This document shows, piece by piece, positions 61,701 to 64,000 of a stretch of 64,000 nucleotides of DNA. The stretch is from Antedon mediterranea. Taxonomy: Eukaryota > Animalia > Echinodermata. The translations under genes were made by a program, and so were the position numbers. Every line of letters begins with the position of its first letter. Positions within the stretch are counted from its first letter, which is position 1. The notes beneath the pieces were generated by a model. That model was given only the letters and a program-made list of their open reading frames with translations. It had not been told where the DNA came from and searched no databases. The DNA lies in NCBI RefSeq assembly GCF_964355755.1, contig NC_092678.1, positions 4,480,422-4,544,421 of the forward strand. Reading direction: 5' to 3'.

Positions 61701-63371
61701 GTGATTAATTAGCAACAAATAGTACTTTTTCGTTGATATTTGAGACAATTTGTTTGCGTGCTAACTTTAATAATCCCTTCACAGCCAATAAATAAATCAA
61801 TAAATTAAAAATGTTTGACTTAAATTTGAGATAAAACTGTCCTCCAAAAAATAGGTTTTCTGCTATTAGTCAGATGTGTTACGTTGCACAACAATAGACC
61901 CTTTCAAAATATGACACGGACATTGCTTTGATGGAAACCAGAGACATTTACACCCCCGAAATCTGTGCAATTCACTCATCATTCTATAGAAAAAAAGTAG
62001 GTACTATGATTCAACTAGGTTAAATAGTACAATATTGATACACATCAACTAGGCTCCACTAATTAATTGCGAAGTAAACATAATCGGTAAAAAGTTATAT
62101 TAAGTCCATATTCAAACAGTTTTATTATGTGATTTTCTAATTTTCTAATGTGAAACGTACAAATAAAATATAACCAAAAGGGCAGAGATTAAAATTAATT
62201 ATGAAAACCAATTTGTTAAAATATACATAGAACTGTTTCGATATATTTGCATAGATAGTAAGATTCAGCAAGTTTCCTGATCTTTGACCTATATTTTCAT
62301 ACTTGATGTTATCACTTCCTGTTGACACCTGTTGTTTAGCATGTTTCATCGTCTCTCGTTCGCTGCTCCCTTTATGTTCTGCGTTGGCAAGGAATCAGAA
62401 TTCTCGTAGGAAACTTTACGATAAGTACGTCCCTTGGTATAAGGACGTTGGAAATGTCATACAGTACGTTCTAAGAATGATTGTATTAGCGAGGCCTTGC
62501 GCGGCGAGGGAAGGGCTTGTTAAAGTCGGTTATTGTCAATGATTTCAATATGTGAGGCTAAGTAGGTCGTAAACTACCATATAACCTGCTTTCTGTTACG
62601 TTTGCTCTCATATTGTGTCTTTCAATTTATTACAAACATATTCAGTACATTATGTACTGATTATTGAAAGCAAAAAATACTAAATTAAACACTGTATATT
62701 ATTTTGTACAAAGCTGTTCTGAGCTATGATTCAAACATGGTAGATCTCATATTGATGCTCATTCCATGAGATAACTTTAACTATACATAAATCTTTGTTG
62801 GGTTGTAAGAAAACATTTACTGTATTAGCAAATAAAAATTGTCAAATGTCATCAATCAACTTTTGTTTTGCTATACTTTTAGATTGTTTAAAATGTAAAA
62901 ACATACCGATGAATTATGCTATTTTGTCTCTTGCAAGAGAATGTTACTTTATATGGTGCGAGTTTCTTGACCTTTTTACCGAATGCGTATATTTACGTTC
63001 AGCTGTGTGAATACACAAAGATCCTCTGTATTTCATTATACATTTATTTTTAGTTACCTGTTTTGTTTCATTGTTCTGTATATAATAATAGAATGTAGGT
63101 CGCACTCTTTTTTATTCTTGCACATCCAGCAAGTATTATAACTTTCCAATTGCAGAAATGACGCCTAAAACTAAATCTCATTCTTCATAGGGTTTGAAAG
63201 GTCTGAAAACTGATTTGAACCTAAACGCCAATACTATTAAAAACAAGTATTTTTTACCATCAGGCTACAATGATCTACTGATAGCATTGTTTGTGAGAAA
63301 ATGAAAGCTAACTACTGTATTTACTTTTGTTCTTTTAGATCTTGGACTTCAGTGATGATGAGAGTGTGTAG
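40762..63371 (+). CDS. ATG7: Autophagy E1-like enzyme ATG7, 18 coding exons, 706 aa
   Basis: Exons 40762-40909, 41079-41133, 41471-41588, 42023-42100, 42455-42571, 42978-43118, 43351-43439, 43703-43824, 44170-44260, 44360-44504, 44747-44905, 46510-46567, 46692-46828, 47319-47546, 47683-47798, 48095-48179, 60147-60347, 63339-63371. Motifs: [56 protein letters not shown], catalytic [19 protein letters not shown]-terminal [10 protein letters not shown]. Confidence 0.96.
41684..41972. repeat. 22-bp minisatellite, ATG7 intron 3
   Basis: About 13 copies of TTTTTAATCTGTAATTTATCTA. Confidence 0.92.
42230..42366. mobile_element. MITE family A copy
   Basis: TCTGTCTACACTATCAAACTAGTTTGAC...AAGTTTGATAGTGTAGACAGAG. 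Confidence 0.85.
42812..42945. mobile_element. MITE family A, 5'-truncated copy
   Basis: AAACTAGTTTGACAAAAAA...AAGTTTGATAGTGTAGACAGTGCTTTA. Confidence 0.75.
43863..44029. mobile_element. MITE family A copy
   Basis: TAA-AGCTCTGTCTACACCATCAAAC...TTTGATGTGTTGACAGAGCT-TAA. Confidence 0.8.
45030..46420. repeat. 17-bp minisatellite, ~80 copies, ATG7 intron 11
   Basis: Unit CAGTACGCACTTTAAAC with variants. Confidence 0.95.
47053..47228. mobile_element. Degenerate PIF/Harbinger-like MITE
   Basis: Inverted ends TAAATGGCCAACTTAGACAACGT...ACGCTGTCTTAGTTGGCCTTTA. Confidence 0.55.
49078..50645 (+). mobile_element. Non-autonomous Helentron/HINE-like rolling-circle element in ATG7 intron 16
   Basis: 5' TTGGTTATCCGC (49080) pairs with subterminal GCGGATAACCAA (50603); then hairpin AACTCGTCA-AAG-TGACGAGTT and terminal CTAGT. 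CpG-richer than flanks, with internal diverged direct repeats. Confidence 0.7.
51928..52149. mobile_element. PIF/Harbinger-type MITE family C, near-intact
   Basis: About 50-bp TIRs AGCCGATTTTCCACTAGGCGAATTTGTTCGCGCGAATCGAA...TTCGATTCGCGCGAACAAATTCGCCTAGTGGAAAATTGGCT with TAA/TTA flanks and an internal duplication; remnant at ~27372-27478. Confidence 0.85.
58097..58656. mobile_element. Non-autonomous TTAA-TSD DNA transposon (Kolobok-like)
   Basis: TTAA-AGATGTATTGTCCCTTT...AAAGGGACAATACATCT-TTAA; an orphan right end of the same family lies at ~30243-30261. Confidence 0.75.
59602..60092 (-). mobile_element. Dispersed ~495-bp element (copy 2): hammerhead ribozyme plus 7x48-bp array
   Basis: Reverse-complement homolog of 36674-37167; array at ~59631-59965. 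Confidence 0.8.
60014..60055 (-). ncRNA. Minimal hammerhead ribozyme motif (copy 2)
   Basis: Minus strand reads TTGCA-CTGATGA-A-GGGCTAGTGTTGCCC-GAAA-GTTC-TGCTAA; helix III is AGTT rather than palindromic AGCT. Confidence 0.65.
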
Positions 63372-64000
63372 ATGTGTAGTAACAACAGTTAATATTACTA
63401 GTGAACTTGAACAAAGCTGCTGCCCTATATTGCCAAACCAACGCTGTGCTGCCCTCCAGCCTTGTCAAACAGTATCATTCTTGGGTTAAAGGTCATCTAT
63501 TACCCTCCAAGATTACCTTTGTGACCCTAGGGGAGTACAGTACAACTCTCACAAAAGAACTGTTGAGTTTTGATGTACTACAGTATATAAACTAATTGAT
63601 TCCATTTGACTGGGATAGAAACGGTTCATTTTTTATATCTATTATAATTTTTATTACAAATATTTCAATTGGTAATGGTATGAAATACTCAGATTTGCAA
63701 TCGATGGTTTTATAACTGTCAAAGTAGACAAAGAATATATATATATTGCAATTTAAAATACAAAGATTATTGTTGAATTTATTATATATAGATTATTTAT
63801 TAGATGACTTATTTAAGAAATGTAGATTGACAGCTAGATCATGATTGGGGTTTGGGATATGAAGGACCAAAATGTAGTTGCGTTTACTCGCATGGGTAAG
63901 TAGGGATAGTTTTGGGGTGTATATGGGGAGTGCTTATACCCCAGAGTGAGCTATGCACTGTACCTAGAGAGTAGGGAAAGTGTACCAAAGGGTGACCAGT

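Overview
AT-rich, intron-rich animal genomic DNA. The gene content and repeat style suggest an invertebrate deuterostome, possibly an echinoderm (inference). Splicing by hand at GT-AG sites gives eight protein-coding genes: the 3' end of an SLC6 GABA/taurine-type transporter (+), EBP (-), BAP1 (+), NEK4 (+), BORCS6 (+), a prokaryote-like amidase-signature amidase (+), an intronless class A GPCR (+) and ATG7 (+, with a ~12 kb intron). Non-coding DNA holds a ~4.85 kb 44-bp satellite between the head-to-head EBP and BAP1 genes, several minisatellites, many PIF/Harbinger-type MITEs, a TTAA-TSD element, a Helentron-like element and a tRNA-derived SINE. The top finding is a ~495-bp dispersed element present twice that couples a minimal hammerhead ribozyme core to a 7x48-bp tandem array. 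Other findings include a U12-type intron in BORCS6, an intron-containing CX3C amidase, inverted intronic repeats bracketing ATG7 exons 16-17, a tandem array of tRNA-like heads and a triplicated CTCF-like/octamer module. Exon coordinates were read manually and have not been checked computationally.
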